Shown here: in pieces, positions 1-14,576 of the stretch | Position numbering within the stretch: the stretch's first letter is position 1 | Layout: every line of letters starts with the position of its first letter | Assembly: GCF_009914755.1 (NCBI RefSeq) | Contig: NC_060925.1 | Direction: 5' to 3' (one strand) | DNA from: the human T2T-CHM13v2.0 reference genome, Homo sapiens | DNA: 64,000 nt | Position numbers and translations under genes: made by a program | The notes under the pieces: generated by a model | What the model was told of the DNA's origin: nothing | Database searches by the model: none | Seen by the model: the letters and a program-made list of their open reading frames with translations, nothing else

Positions 1-1859
1 TGTGCTGGAGTAGTACAGTTTTATTCTCTCTCTATTTTTGTCTCTCAAACATAACTTTATCTGGGATTGACAGCTGCTTTCTATCAAGTGCCCTGGTTAA
101 ATCATATATATCTCTCTCTTTTGATTTGGTCACCTTGAGTTCCTTTGTGGATGTAGCTAAATGAGCAACCTCTTCAGCATGTCTTGACTGAGAATCTTGT
201 TGGAAATCTGACCTTTGGAATTGCTGCTTGATTGTTACAAAAATGGATTAAATTTTTCTGAAATAGAAAAGTTTTATAGAAGATCACAAATTTATCTAGT
301 TTTCCAATTTCATTTAACATTAACTGTTATGAAAATAATTGAGAAATAAATTGACCCCTTAAGGTACTATTTTGGAAGGATGCAGAGATTTAGAAACTAT
401 ATGTGATCTTAAAGTTCTCCAGGATCTGAGTAATACAATACAGGTATTAATTTTCATGCAAATTGAGACGTCTGAAGTCAAATTTCTTTTACCTTCTTCT
501 TATACAGCGTATCACCTGCCAGTTCCCTGTGTCTGCAAAGTAGTAATAGTTAGAGGAGGATAGGTTAGAATGAGGGGTAGTTTTCATTATTTATATGACT
601 CCCAGTTGTTTAGCTAGAGGTAGCTAAAAAAATGCTTTAGCTGTAGAAATAATGTCAGGTGGACTGCATCATAGTTTCAAATCTCCCCGCAGTTCTGGGA
701 ACCCATAAATAATGAAAGCTGGACAATTCAGGAGACTGGCCAAGAACATAAAAGAAGACATGATTTTCCCATTTTAAAAATGATGGCACAGCATATGCAT
801 TCCTAAAATCCTATTGCTTTAGGAATGCAGGTCTAGCAAGTACATATTTCAGGCCGCACACAATACCCCAAACCAAAAAAACTACATGCCTTATTTTTCA
901 TAACAATTTTTATTGTAAACCCTCATTCTGCCTGCTGGTGAAGATTAAATCTTAGTCAATTTAGTCATTTCAGGTGTACCTGCCCTCCTATACATTTTTC
1001 CCATATGTATCTAAGTTCCAGAGGGCTTAAGGGGGTGCTGAGAGGGGGACTTCTCATCCTCAGTTATAGTCATCTATCTACTGTGATATTAGCTGACATG
1101 TATTTTCCCTACTTGCAGCAATTGGTCCACATGTGTCACTATTATATTATCCTGTTAGTCACATAGCACTGTACCCCACTTGGTATATAAAAAAACCTTT
1201 GGCTCTGCTCCTGGACACCAATGGTGAAGGGGAAACTCTCTCCATCTACACAAGCCTCACAACCATTCTATCTACTATTCTCCTAATGTGTTGTGGAAGG
1301 AGGACATAGCTCTCCAGTTCCTCTCTGTTTTATGTGAAAGCAGAGAACACAGATACTTTCTCCTCTCAGACTCCAAACATCTATCCAGGGTTTCTCTATG
1401 TCCCACCTCTTTCTTTGGGAACCAGCATAGAGCCTTCTTATTTTCACTGTCTCTTCTCTTCTTCCTCCCTCTGCCCCACATCCCTACTGTCAAAGGGAGT
1501 CTTTATCTAGTCTGGAGGTGATGCAATTTGGTTTTTCCTTTATTCTTTCCAATCTATCATTTTAATAACCCATTTTATGTTTTTTGAGGGCTTAGATTTT
1601 GGAACCCAAGAAACTCGAATATTTAAAAGTCAAATGCCATGGGTTTCACACTTCAAAAGTCATGTTTCTGTCTTTCAGCTGATTTATCACCTTCCCTGAC
1701 ACAAGGCATCATTATACTCATGCTGTCTTAGCAAGACTCACAGGGTAATAGAGTTAATATATCAAAACATATCTAGTTATACTTGTATTTTTAGCAATAC
1801 CTTATGAAAATGGACAAAGAATATTTATTTTTATTCTTACCCATCTTGTTTTCAAGAAC

Positions 1860-2351
1860 TGTGAAGAAGCTGAGGTTTTACCCTTTCTATAACTAACAAG
1901 TTAGCCTGCCACAGTCTCAAGGATGATAGCAGAAGACATGAAACTACTGGGCTAGAGAAAAAGAACAATTTATAACTCTCAGCAATATCAGTAGTTAGAA
2001 TATCAATCAACATTTGTTTGCTGGTTCCTGAAGCCCTAGTTTCCACATATTGATGACAAGACAAGAGTGCTGGATGACACTGGCATTTGCAGTGGGTTAT
2101 GTTGCAGGAGAGGAAACATCAGGTTAGGAACTGCATCTTTTATAGTGGGCAGAAAGCATACCTGCCCTTTGCTTCAGTGAGAGACACTATATCTATCTTC
2201 CAAGGCTATAAGCAAACCCACCCTTTGCTCAGGAGGGAGCCGCTATCTGTACAACTCCTATATAAACATAGTGTATAACAATGGGCAGTCAATGCCTTAC
2301 TTGCAAGATATACAGAAATGCAAGAGATACATGGATAATTATCTTCTAACA
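1860..2351 (-). mobile_element. Ancient ERV solo-LTR-like element (family not assigned)
   Basis: About 490 bp bounded by TGT...ACA, resembles old ERV LTRs and has an internal repeat (ccctttgct twice). No TSD seen. Confidence 0.4.
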
Positions 2352-4704
2352 CTTATTAGCTCTTAGAGAAATCTGCTTTGATAACAAAAACCCTTGGATC
2401 ACCAAGCAAGAGTTTGAAGTCTATGAGTTGTCCATTGCCCGCTTAAAGTATGAACTGAGCATTTGAGTGCTGGGAACACAGTGCAATCACAAAGGTAGTA
2501 ATGCAACAACCCAGTACATGGACATTTATGTGACAAGGGTGTAGTTTCAGCAGTAACTGATGCTGTTTAGTAAGACATTCCTATCCAAGCCTTCTCGTCC
2601 CCTCAGTTTCACCCCTCAGCATTGTCACACAGTTGCTGCTTTCACATGGGTATTGCCAGTTGGGCACTCCTTATTTATTTATTAATTCATTTAAAATCAG
2701 TCTTAAGAGTTTTTATTAGGATTAATGTGATCTTCTTTGAAATACATTTTAAACACCCTATTAACAGAGACCAAGTAATAGGAAGATGTTAGAAGAAGGT
2801 TGCGCTAATCTTCCTTAAACTAAGATAAATTTCTTTGTTTAAATCCAGTTTTCAAGTATTCAGAGGACAGCTTCTGGAGAAAACATCTGAGTCAAATAAA
2901 TGGATAACAGGGAAAAAACTGTAGTCAATTTTACATGAAAAAGCAAGTGAATCTTTCTGTGGGTATGTTTAGTCTCATGCAAATAACTCAGAATAATAAG
3001 CCTGGGGAAAATTCCTCTTCCTGAAAGGAGATTCTTCTGATTCATTTTCGATTCTTGTTAAAAAATGTTAGTTTCTGATATCTGTATTACTTAGTTACTG
3101 GTAAAGATGGAGCAAATTAAAACATGCTAATTATACTTACTACTGTTAAGCAACTGCAGTTTAAAGGAAATGTGAAATATTTACGGAAGATGATTGCAGT
3201 GTTTTACATTAATAATGAAAGTAATAGGCATTCAATTTAAACAACTTATCATTAGAGTGATAAAGACTGTATTTTTAAAATAAAATAAGTAAATTGAGAA
3301 TCAGTGGGGTCCTTTTGTCTATTAATATATAAGGCATCTGGAGTGAACTCCACTAAATGATATACCTGATAGCTTTGTTCCCAACCCAACAGGACATGGC
3401 GTCTGTGTTCAGTGACATCTGCTAAATCATAGATGCAACTTGCTTCAGCAATACTAGAAATGAAGACCTCAGACAAGCCATCCTGGCCACTGTGACATGA
3501 ATGGTGGCTATCCCTTCACATACTGTAACAGTTTGTATAAGATGGGCTTTCTTGCCTGTGTGGAGATAGTACAATGATTTTAAAGAGTGTGCTCCTCATT
3601 TCCAAAAATAGACCAAAGATATAATGTGGCTGCTGTGGAAGGATTTCTGTAGTCTCCAGGGTTCTTTTGTCTTTATTGCAAAAGTGCTGGATATTGTGGC
3701 TTCAGCTGAGAAGTATTGTGGTAATAAGTACTGAGGTCTCTTGGGAAGGCAGCCTGTACCCATCCCAAGGTGACTGTCTCCAAGGTGCCAGCCTGAATGC
3801 TTTCATTCACTTCCATTTTGTCCTCCATAACTCATGTCTCTGAGTAGACCCTTTCGGATCCTTGAAAAAGGACTAGTAGTTGATTTAATTTCATTGTAAT
3901 GACAGCAACCGATCTACTTTATGTATTGATTCTAAGACAGGATAATTTTTTAAGTTGCTCATTTATGGAGTTTTACTTCTCAACTTTACCTTTTCTCTTC
4001 TCTCCATTTAAGAAAACATCAGGTTTTTTGCTTTGTTGCCTTAGGGCAAAGTGCATGGGACGGTGAAGTGGGGAGTAGGAATAAGTTCTCTGGCTTTTGT
4101 TCTCAAAGGCTTAAATCCATTTAGAAGAATTCGGTCCAAGGGTAAAAGCATGATGGCTTGAAGATGCAAGTGAAGAGAAGGGAAGAGAGAAACAAATGAC
4201 TTTCCTCCAGACTAGAAAGAGTTTACATGGGCTTGGCAAGGGAAGAGAGTCCTGGACCCCTTGGCAGCACCCAGAGAGATGGATGCTGCACAGTGCACAT
4301 AGGAAAGTGGTTCAGCTTCACCTAAGATTCTCATACTCACGGTGATATATGAACACAGCAAAGAGCTGACAGACTTCAAGGGACCTCTGTAAGCCTGGAC
4401 CATGAGGAAGGCAGTGGCCATGATGATGGTCAAGGACTAGAGGGTCTACTTCTGCTTTCAGTGCAAAACGTTAGCCTCCTGAATACACATGTGACACTGG
4501 AAGGAAGAGATCACCCTAGTAATGACTGGGATGATATTCCTGATAGCCTATTAGTTCTGAAGTTCAGAAATGAGATTAATTAACTTAGAGGAAATAAAGT
4601 GTTCATGATTGTGAACAAAAGAAGTGTATTTGCTATAATTGCTTATTGACTGATAAGATAATTTTACCATGATGATCCCAATAACTATTAACTAGCAAGT
4701 ATTT

Positions 4705-4860
4705 TTATTCATTCACTTATTTATTTATTCAACAAATATTTATTGAACTTCTACTATGTAACAAACTATGTGCGAGGACTTAGGAATATGGTAGTGAACA
4801 GTACAGTCATGATCCCTGTACTCAGTAGAGAATAGCGATATTAAAACAAATAAATAATTT
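4705..4860 (-). mobile_element. L2 3' end fragment
   Basis: attcattcac...ttcaacaaatatttattga...ctactatg is the antisense L2 3' terminus. Confidence 0.6.
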
Positions 4861-5338
4861 TAAATGTGAAGGATTTAAAAATCACAGTCAGAAGTCAAGA
4901 TTGCAGAAATGTAACTTTGCTTTTTTATAAGTGAACTCAACTTTGCTCTGGAATCCCCATTTCTGCAGATGGGATAGTCTCAATCTTGCCACTTGCGGGT
5001 AACTCAGTCACTCTCAGGATTAAATATAGAGTATTTCGGACAAATATTTAGTTAATTTAAAGATTTATATCAGTTTGAAGTTTGCATTTGTATCAGGACT
5101 GTTTTTTCCTTTCAAGAACTATTCCCTTTGTTTTTCAAGGGTGGCATCTGGTTGCAGCAGAAACTCACCCAAGTGGCATCATAGCACTGGGGGAGAAATG
5201 CCTGGTCCACAAGCTGTCCCATGGCTTGATGACTTCCACTGAGATATTTTGTTCTCCTTGGTCTTTGATTAGCACCTTCTCATCCCACTGCAACTTTTGT
5301 TGTTGTAATTTGTTCCAGTCAGTATTGCTGATAACATG

Positions 5339-6130
5339 TGTCTTAGCCAGGGAACAGAAATAATAGGATATATGTATATATGAAGGGGATATAGTCAGGG
5401 TTCTCTAAAAGGACAGAACTAATAGGATCTACGTAAATATATACATGTATTTATGTATATGTATGTTGTGGGACTTCACCTTGTGATTGTGTGATCATAT
5501 GTGTGATCGATATGGTACTATTCCTCAGGGTTATCAGCCAGCTACTTGATGACAGGTTGATTATATTGAACCTCTTCCACCATGGAAAGGACAGTGGTTT
5601 GTCCTCACTGGAATAAACATCTACTCCAGATATGAGTTTGCCTATCCTGTCTACATATCCCATATGGATATATGATCACACGATCACAAGGTGAAGACTC
5701 ACAATAGGATGTCTGCAAGCGGAGGAGCAAGGAAGCCAGTCTGAGTCCCAAAACCCCAAAAGTTGGGAAGCCGACAGTACAGCCTTCAGTCTGTGGCCAA
5801 AGGCCCGAAAACCCCTGGCAAACCACTGGGGTAAGTCCAAGGGTCCCAGAGCTGAATAACTTGGAGTCTGATATTTGAGGGCAGGAAGCATCCAGCATGA
5901 GAGAAAGATGGAGGCCAGAAGACTCAGCAAGTCTCCTCATTCCACTTCCTTCTGCCTGCTTTATTCTAGCCACACTGGCAGCTGCTTAGATGGTGCCCAC
6001 CCAGATTGAGGCTGGGTCTGGCTCTCCCAGGCCACTGACTCAAATGTTAATCTACACCCTCAAAGACACACGCAAGAACAATACTTTCTTTCCATCCTTC
6101 AATCCAATCAAGTCAGTATTAACTATCACA
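5339..6130 (-). mobile_element. MLT2 LTR (3' LTR of HERV-L) with internal insertion
   Basis: Minus strand begins TGTGATAGTTAAT right after a PPT-like ...GGTGGACT. MLT2 motifs agtcagggttctct...acagaactaatagga and cacgatcacaaggtgaag are present. Confidence 0.8.
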
Positions 6131-6728
6131 AGTCCACCGTTTGTTAACTTGAACCCATATACATCTCCTGAAATCATACATAATCTTCAAATAAAGACAA
6201 TAGTAAGGTCATAATTGCACCTAACATAATACAACTATCCTTCATACAACTGGAAATGCACTAATCCTTAACCTAAAGGCTGTTACATAAAGTTAACAAC
6301 ACTTAAATGCTGATATGAAGCCAATAAATCTTACGTCACATGATAAAGAAAAAAGAAACGAAATAAAATGAAGATATTTTCTTAGTACAAGTGTATACAT
6401 GCACAAACATGTTCTTAACAAAATAAGGAGGAAATATTCATGACAATTATAGTCCTCATTTCTGCAACTGGTCACATGGTTGTAGCTGGTCTTGATGACT
6501 ACCTTCTTCTACTACCCATTCTGTATTCCCTTTGCCTTTAGCAAGCACCTCAGCGTGTCATTGTTTTTTACCTGGTGAAGTGACGCAGACCTTCATTCCT
6601 GAAGATCTGGGCCATTTGTAGTCCTGCCTGGATTGGGTTGTTGTAGTTTCCCATCGATCTTAAACACACAGCATGGTAATACTAAGGGATATCCTAAGGG
6701 ATCTCCTGTATTGCACACATACTGTTCC

Positions 6729-7205
6729 TTACCTCCATTGTGGAGTTGTAGACTGATTTTCATCTTGATAGTCCAGGTCAATTATCCTAGCCAACACTAT
6801 AACTCCCTTCTTAGCCTGTTGACTTAGAGGTAGGAGGAGCCCAAAGTGGCCAGGTGGCAATCTTAACCTCCAGTTTAATGGAATCATTGTTGTGTCTCCT
6901 GGCGGCAGCACTCCTCCCTCTGGAACTAAGACCTCTAGGCCAGCAGAACGTGGTGTTGCGGGAACAGGAAGCAAAAATTTTGCTAGTGGGTCACTAGGGG
7001 TGATGGTGAGTGATGCCACTTCCACTTCCACCCCTGGATTCCTGGACCCATGAATCCTGGCTGTGGGAGAAATAGTACCATATATTGGATGCTGATTCAG
7101 AGCATACACAGCTTTCTGGAGAACTTTGCCCCAGCCCTGCAAAGTATTGTCACCTAGTTGGTGTTGTAATTGTGACTTCAAAAGGCCATTCCACTGTTCT
7201 ATCAA
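6729..7205 (-). pseudogene. HERV-L integrase C-terminus plus dUTPase remnant
   Basis: IEQWNGLLKSQL (IN catalytic E region) followed by GDTTMIPLNWRLRLPPGHFGLLLP...IDLDY (dUTPase-like), the ERV-L gene order. Confidence 0.85.
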
Positions 7206-7631
7206 TCCAGCTGCTTCAGGATGATGGGGAACATGGTAAGGCCAGTGAATTCCATGAGGATGAGCCTACTGTCCCACTTCTTTAGCGTAAAGTGAGTGCC
7301 TTGGTCAGAGGCAATGCTGTGTGGAATACCATGACGGTGGATAAGGCATTCTGTGAGTCCACGGATGGTAGTCTTGGCAGAAGCACTGCATGCAGGATAG
7401 ACAAACCCATACCCAGAGTAAATGTCTATTCAGAGTAAGGAGAAACCTCTGCCCTTTCCATGATGGAAGAGGTCAAACATAATCAACCTGCCACCAAGTA
7501 GCTGGCTGATCATCCTGAGGAATGGTACCACATTGAGGGCTCAGTGTTGGTCTCTGCTGCTGGCAAATTGGGCACTCAGCAGTGGCTGTGGCCAGGTCAG
7601 CCTTGGTGAGTGGAAGTTCATGTTACTGAGC

Positions 7632-8245
7632 TTATGTGTAACCTCTATCCCTGCCACCATGGCCACTTTGTTTATGGGCCCATTGAGTGAGGACAGTGGT
7701 GTCTGGCGAAAGAGGCTGAGTGGTGTCCACAGAATGAGTCATCTTATCCACTTGATTGTTAAAATCCTCCTCTGCTGAGGTCACTCTTTGGTGGGCATTC
7801 GCATGGGGTACAAATATCTTCACAGTTTTTGACCCCTCAGAGAGGTCTATCGACATACCTCTTCCCTAAATTTCTTTGCCACCAATTTTCCAATCGTGCT
7901 TCTTCCAAGTCTCTGACCATCCAGCCAAACCATTGGCTCCAGCCCATGAGTCAGTATATAATCACACATCTGGCCGTTTTTCCTTCCAGGCAAAGTGCAC
8001 AACCAGGTGTACTGCTTGAAGTTCTGCCCTTGAGAACTTCTGGGAAGATTTCCCTTCACCACTGTCCTTCAGGGATGTACTAGAAAGGGGCTGTAGTGCT
8101 GCATCTGGCCACTTTTGGGTGGTGCCTGCATATCGTGTAGAACCATCTGTAAACCAAGCCCTAGTCTTCTCTTCCTCTGTCAGCTGATCATAGGGAACTC
8201 CCCATGAGGCCATGAGTGCAGGCTGGGGGAGAGAAGGCAGGGTAT
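7632..8245 (-). pseudogene. HERV-L RNase H / integrase N-terminus remnant, frameshifted
   Basis: EEEKTRAWFTDGS, RAELQAVHLVV, HANAHQRVTSAEEDFNNQVDKMT and AHKQSGHGG in split ORFs. Confidence 0.85.
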
Positions 8246-8609
8246 CAGGGGCCAAGTGGTGGCACTCAACCATTAAAGGCAAGGTGGGCATAGTTACCGT
8301 AATGGACAGCAGAGGCAAAGTTGATATCAGAATAGTCTGACTCGTGTAGAGCTCTGGCATTGGCTCATTAATGACAGTGTTCCTAGAAGTGAAATTGATA
8401 GGAAGCCTACTGCATTCTTACTTAATTTGTATAAGCAGAAAACTTCCAGGTCGCATGGACAAAAGACTAATTTGAATTATAAAAATAGAGAATCATAGAT
8501 CTTCAATCAATTTCCAGACTTTAACCAGTTTAAAGACCCTAGAACCCCTTGAATGAAGGGGAGGCTGGGTCCTCTTGAGGAAGGACCCCATTCCTGGTAC
8601 AAAAATACA

Positions 8610-8930
8610 ACATGCCACCCCAAACTTAGTAGAGTAAAATGACAAACATTTTATTATCTTCATGGATTCCGTGGATAAAGAATTTGGAAAGGGTACAACA
8701 GAGATTATTTTTATTCTATTGTATTTGGGACCCATGGAAAGACTGCATGACTGGGAATGACTTAAAACACTAGAGGCTGGAACAACTGAAAGACTTACTC
8801 ATTTCCTTTCATGCTGGGAATGAAATAATTCATAATGGTATATGCTGGGATTTTGGCTGCAGCTGTCAACAGAACACCTGTAAATGTCATTTTATGTGGC
8901 TGCTTTATCATAGCATGGTGACAGATAGAG
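8610..8930 (-). mobile_element. MLT1-type MaLR LTR interrupted by the HERV-L (other piece at 5311-5338)
   Basis: tgttccagtc-agtattgctgataac (5311) joins onto ccaccccaaacttagt (8615) as a MaLR LTR terminus. Confidence 0.5.
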
Positions 8931-8939
8931 CATGTACAA

Positions 8940-9560
8940 TAATTGTATGGTAGACACTATACAATGCTGATGAAAGAAATAAAAATAAATGAAGAGACAT
9001 ACCATATTTACAGAGTGGAAGGCTCAACAAAGTAAAGATGTTGATTCTTCCCAAATTGATACACAGGTTTAACACAATTATTATTAAAATTCAGCAAGTT
9101 TTTTTGTAGTATAGATAATATTTTTCTGAAATTTACATGAAACACAAATGAACTAGAATAGCTAAAAACAATTTTGATAAAGAAGAATACAGTAGGAGAA
9201 ATCAGTCCATCTAATTCAGGTCTTATAGTTACAGTAATCAAGACTATGTGGTTTTGGCAGAAGGATAGACATATATATCAATGTGACACTCAGAACTCAA
9301 ACAGATACACAATATGCCCAATTTATTTTTGACAAAGCGTATGGCTATAAAAGGGCAACATGATGAATCCTTGTGGAAATGGAAATACAGATAGAGCCTA
9401 TATATGGACTATACCAATGCCTATATCCTGGTTATAACATTTGAACTGTAGTTTTGCAAGGTATTACCATATGGAGAAACTGGGTAAAGGGACCCTTCTG
9501 TATTGTTTCTTACAATTGCATGTAAGTGTACAATTATATCAATATAAAAATTTTAATATA
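8940..9560 (+). mobile_element. Old L1M ORF2/3' fragments
   Basis: Degenerate ORF2 C-terminal sequence (ctgatgaaagaaat...aaagatg...ttcttcccaaattgat) plus an L1M-like 3'UTR. Confidence 0.65.
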
Positions 9561-9676
9561 AAAATCAACTATAGGTTCCTATCCTTAAGGTTCTCTTTCC
9601 CTGGAACCACATCCAGTGTCAATAATTTTATCAGTCAGAATTCAATAAAAGGAGCAGAGTCACTATGAATGCTAAT

Positions 9677-12600
9677 CAATCTTGAGCTGATTTTTGTATC
9701 TGGTGTAAGGAAGGGGTCCAGCCTCAATCTTCTGCATATAGCTAGCCAGTTATCTCAGCACCATTTATTGAATAGGGAGTCCTTTCTCCATTGCTTGTTT
9801 TGGTTGACTACGTCAAAAATCAGATGATTGTAGATGTGTGCTTTTATTTCTGGGTTTTCCATTCTGTCCCCTTTTCTATGTGTCTGTTTTTATACCAGTA
9901 CCATGTTGTTTTGGTTACTGTAGCCTTGTATGTAGTTTGAAGTTGGGTGACATGATGCCTTTGCCTTTGTTCTTTTTGCTTAGAATTGCCTTGGCTATAA
10001 GAGCTCTTTCTTGGTTCCAAGTGAATTTTAAAATAGTTTTTTTCTAATTCTGTAAAGAATATTATTGTTAGTCTGGTAGGAATAGCATTGAATTTGTAAA
10101 ATGCTTTGGGTAGAATGGCCGTTTTAACAATATTGATTCTTCCTATCCATGAGCATGGAAGGTCTTTCAATTTATTTGCATCATCTCTGACTTCTCTGAG
10201 CACTATTTTGTAATTCTTCTTGTAGAGATCTTTCACTTCTCTGATTAGCTACATTCCCAGGTATTTTATTCTTTTTGTGGGAATTGTGAATAGAATTATG
10301 TTTTTGATTTGGCTCTCAGCTTGGATGTTGTTGGTGTCTAGAAATGCTCCTGATTTCTGTATATTGATTTTGTATCCTGAAACTTTGCTGAAGTTTTTAT
10401 CAGATCAAGGAGCTTTTGGGAAGAGACTATGGTGTTTTCTAGGTGTAGAATCATATCATATGCAAACAGGGATAGTTTGACTTCCTTTATTCATATTCGA
10501 ATGTCTTGTATTTCTTTCTCTTGCCTGATTGCTCTGGGTAGGACTTCCAGTACTGTAGTAAATAGGAGTGGTGAAGAAGGTATTCTTGTTTTGTTTCAGT
10601 TTTCAAGGGGAATGCTTCCAGCTTTTTCTCATTTATTGTGATGTTGGCTGTGGGTTTGTCAAAGATAGCTCCTTATTATTTTGAAGTATGTTCCATCAAT
10701 GCCTAGTTTTTTGAGGGTTTTCAACATGAACGGATGTTGAATTTTATCAAAACTTTCTCTGCATCTATTGAGATGACATGTGGTTTTTGTTTTTAGTTCT
10801 GTATATGTGAGGAATCACATTTATTATTTGCATATGTCGAACCAACCTTGTATCCCAAGGATAAAGTCTACTTGATCATGATGGATTTTCTCATGTGCTG
10901 CTGGATTTAGTTTGCTAGTATTTTGTGAAGAATTTTTTGCCTCTATGTTCACCAAGGATATTGGCCTGAAGATTTCTTTTGTGTGTGTCTCTGTCAGGTT
11001 TCAGTATCAATATGATGCTGAACTCATAAAATGAGTTAGGGAGTAATCTTTCCTCCTTAGCTTTTGGAAGTTTCTGTAGAAATAGTACCAGTTCTTCCTT
11101 ATACATGTGGCAGAATTTGGCTGTGAATCTCTCTGGTCCTGGGCTTTTTCTGGTTGGTAGGCTTTTTTTTACTAATTTAATGTTGTAACTCATTATTGTT
11201 CTGTTCAGGGATTCAATTTCTTCCTGGTTTAATCTTGGGATGGTGTATGTTTCCAGGAATTTATCCATTTCTTCTGGATTTTCTAGTTTGTGTACATACA
11301 GTAGACTTTGAGAATTTCTTTAAAAAAATTTATTTGGGGTTGGAGGTAATGTCCCCCTTTGTCATTTCTGATTGTGTTTATTTGGATCTTCTTTTTTTTT
11401 AATTAGTCTAGCTAGAGGTCTATCTTATTTATACTTTTAAGGAACCCACTCTTGGATTTGTTGATCTTTTGCATGTTTTTTATTTATGTCAATTTCCTTT
11501 AGTTCAGCTCTGATTTTGGTTACTTCTTGTCTGCTACTAGCTTTGGGCTTGGTTTGCTCTTGTTTCTCTAATTTCTCTAGGTGTGATATTAGGTTGTTAA
11601 TTTGAGATCTTTCTGACTTTTTGATATGGACATTTAGCACTATAAACTTTCCTCCTAACATCACTTTATCTGTGTCCTAGACATTGTTGTATCTTTGTTA
11701 TCATTAGTTTCAAAGAATTTCTTGATTTTTGCCTTAATTTCATTGTTTACTCAAAGGTCATTCAGGTGTAGGTTGTTTAATTTCCATGTAATTGTATGAT
11801 TTTGAGCAATTTTCTTAGCACTGGTTTCTATTTTTATTGTGCTGTGGTCCAAGAGTATGATTGGTATAATTTCAGGTTTTTAAAAAAATTTGCTGAGGAT
11901 TGTTTTATTTTTCAATTGTGTAGATAATTTTAGAATGTGTGCCATTGAAGATGAGACAAATATATATTCTGTTGTTTTTGGGTGTAGAGTTCTATAGAAT
12001 TCTATGCAGTGCATTTGGTCCAGTGTTGAGTTCAGGTCCCAAATGTCTTTGTTAGTTTTCTGCCTCAATGATCTGTCTAAAACTGTCAGTGGGGTGTTAA
12101 AGTCTCCTACTATTGCTGTGTGAAAATCTAAGTCTCTTTGTAGGCTGCTAAGAACTTGCTTTATGAATCTGGGTGCTCCTGTGTTAGGTGTTTATATATT
12201 CAGGATAGTTAGGTCTTCTTATTAGATTGAATCCTTTACCATTATATAATGCCCTTCTTTGTCTTTTTCGATCTTTGTTGGCTTAAAGTCTCTTTTGTCT
12301 GAAATTAGGATTGCAACCCTTCCTTTTTTGTTTTCTATTGCTTGGTAAATTTTTCTCCATCCCTTTACTTTGAGCCTAGTGTATCGTTGCATGTGAAATG
12401 GGTCTTTGAAACACAGCACACCATTGGGTCTTGATTCTTTATCTAGCTTGCTACACTGTGCCTTTTAATTGGGGCATTTAGCTCATTTACATTCAAGGTT
12501 AATATTGATATGTGCAGATTTGATTCTGTCATTGTGTTGTCAGCTCGTTATTATGCAGACTTGTTTGTGTGGTTGATTTATAGTATTATGCAGACTTGTT

Positions 12601-12703
12601 TGTGTGTTGTCAGCCCATTATTATTCAGACTTATTTGTGTGGTTGATTTATAGTGTCAATGGTTTGTGTACTTAAATGTGTTTTTGCAGTGGCTGGTAAT
12701 GGT
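9677..12703 (-). mobile_element. Older primate L1 (L1PA13-16/L1PB-like): ORF1 end, spacer, ORF2 EN-RT; 3' end missing
   Basis: Broken ORFs 12222..12419, 11437..11664, 10915..11268 and 9844..10236 translate to L1 ORF2. Confidence 0.9.
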
Positions 12704-13760
<1,057 letters not shown>

Positions 13761-14128
13761 CCCATGTTCAGCTTTGTAAATATCACCAAATCCTGTTCCA
13801 ATATAAGTACACCAATATACTTAATACGTGACTACAACAGTGTGAGATCTCCAGTTGCTCTATATTATTTCAACACTTGATGTTTTAGTTCAAGGGGATT
13901 TTAAATGAAAATTAGTAAATGGATCATGAGGAAATATCCAGTTGCTATTTAAAAGAGGTTTTAACCAGAAGTTTTGGCAAAGTTTTGTTTTGTTTTTTAA
14001 CTACTATTCTTGCTGTTTTTTCTATTCTTCTGTTTTTTCTTTTGAATAGATTTTTCCTGCCATTGAAGAAGTGGAAAAAAGACTGGGTCTATAGTACGTT
14101 CAGACAAATCTTAAACAAAAGTTAACAT

Positions 14129-14301
14129 CTGTGATTCTCAACCATTGGATGCATAAGAGTAACCTGTGGAGCTTATTCTCAACTTAGATGGCCAGCTTTC
14201 AATCCAAATATCCTGATTCAGACTCTGAGGATGGAGCCCAGGAATCTCTCTTTTGAAGCCACTGTGGAGTGACTGTGATGCACACCAAACATTGCGAACC
14301 A
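14129..14301. mobile_element. MER5A-like hAT MITE
   Basis: gtgattctcaa...ctgattcag...gcccaggaatct...gatgcaca...gaacca. Confidence 0.55.
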
Positions 14302-14576
14302 ATAAATAAGATCACTGCCCAATCAGTCTAAATTGGGCTAAATGTCCCTTTTTTAAAGGATAGATTAATTTAGTCCGGTAATTTAGAGTTGGCTGCTCGA
14401 GAAGATGACACTACTAGCAATGTTGAGAACAGAAAAAACAATCAAACATAAAACGTGATTTGTCTATGCTCTGTATACATGATCAATTTCAAGTCAACTC
14501 ATCAAACATTTATTGAGCACTTACTATGTGCCAAGTTTTGGACCAGATTCTGGATCTATCATGATGTAAAAAAAAA

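Larger units (their letters stand above)
5339..8609 (-). mobile_element. Rearranged HERV-L provirus (3' MLT2 LTR plus pol on minus strand, gag fragment on plus strand)
   Basis: ERV-L RNase H, integrase and dUTPase translations. Starts TG at 5339, ends CA at 8609, flanked by ACATG at 5334-5338 and 8610-8614. Confidence 0.85.
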
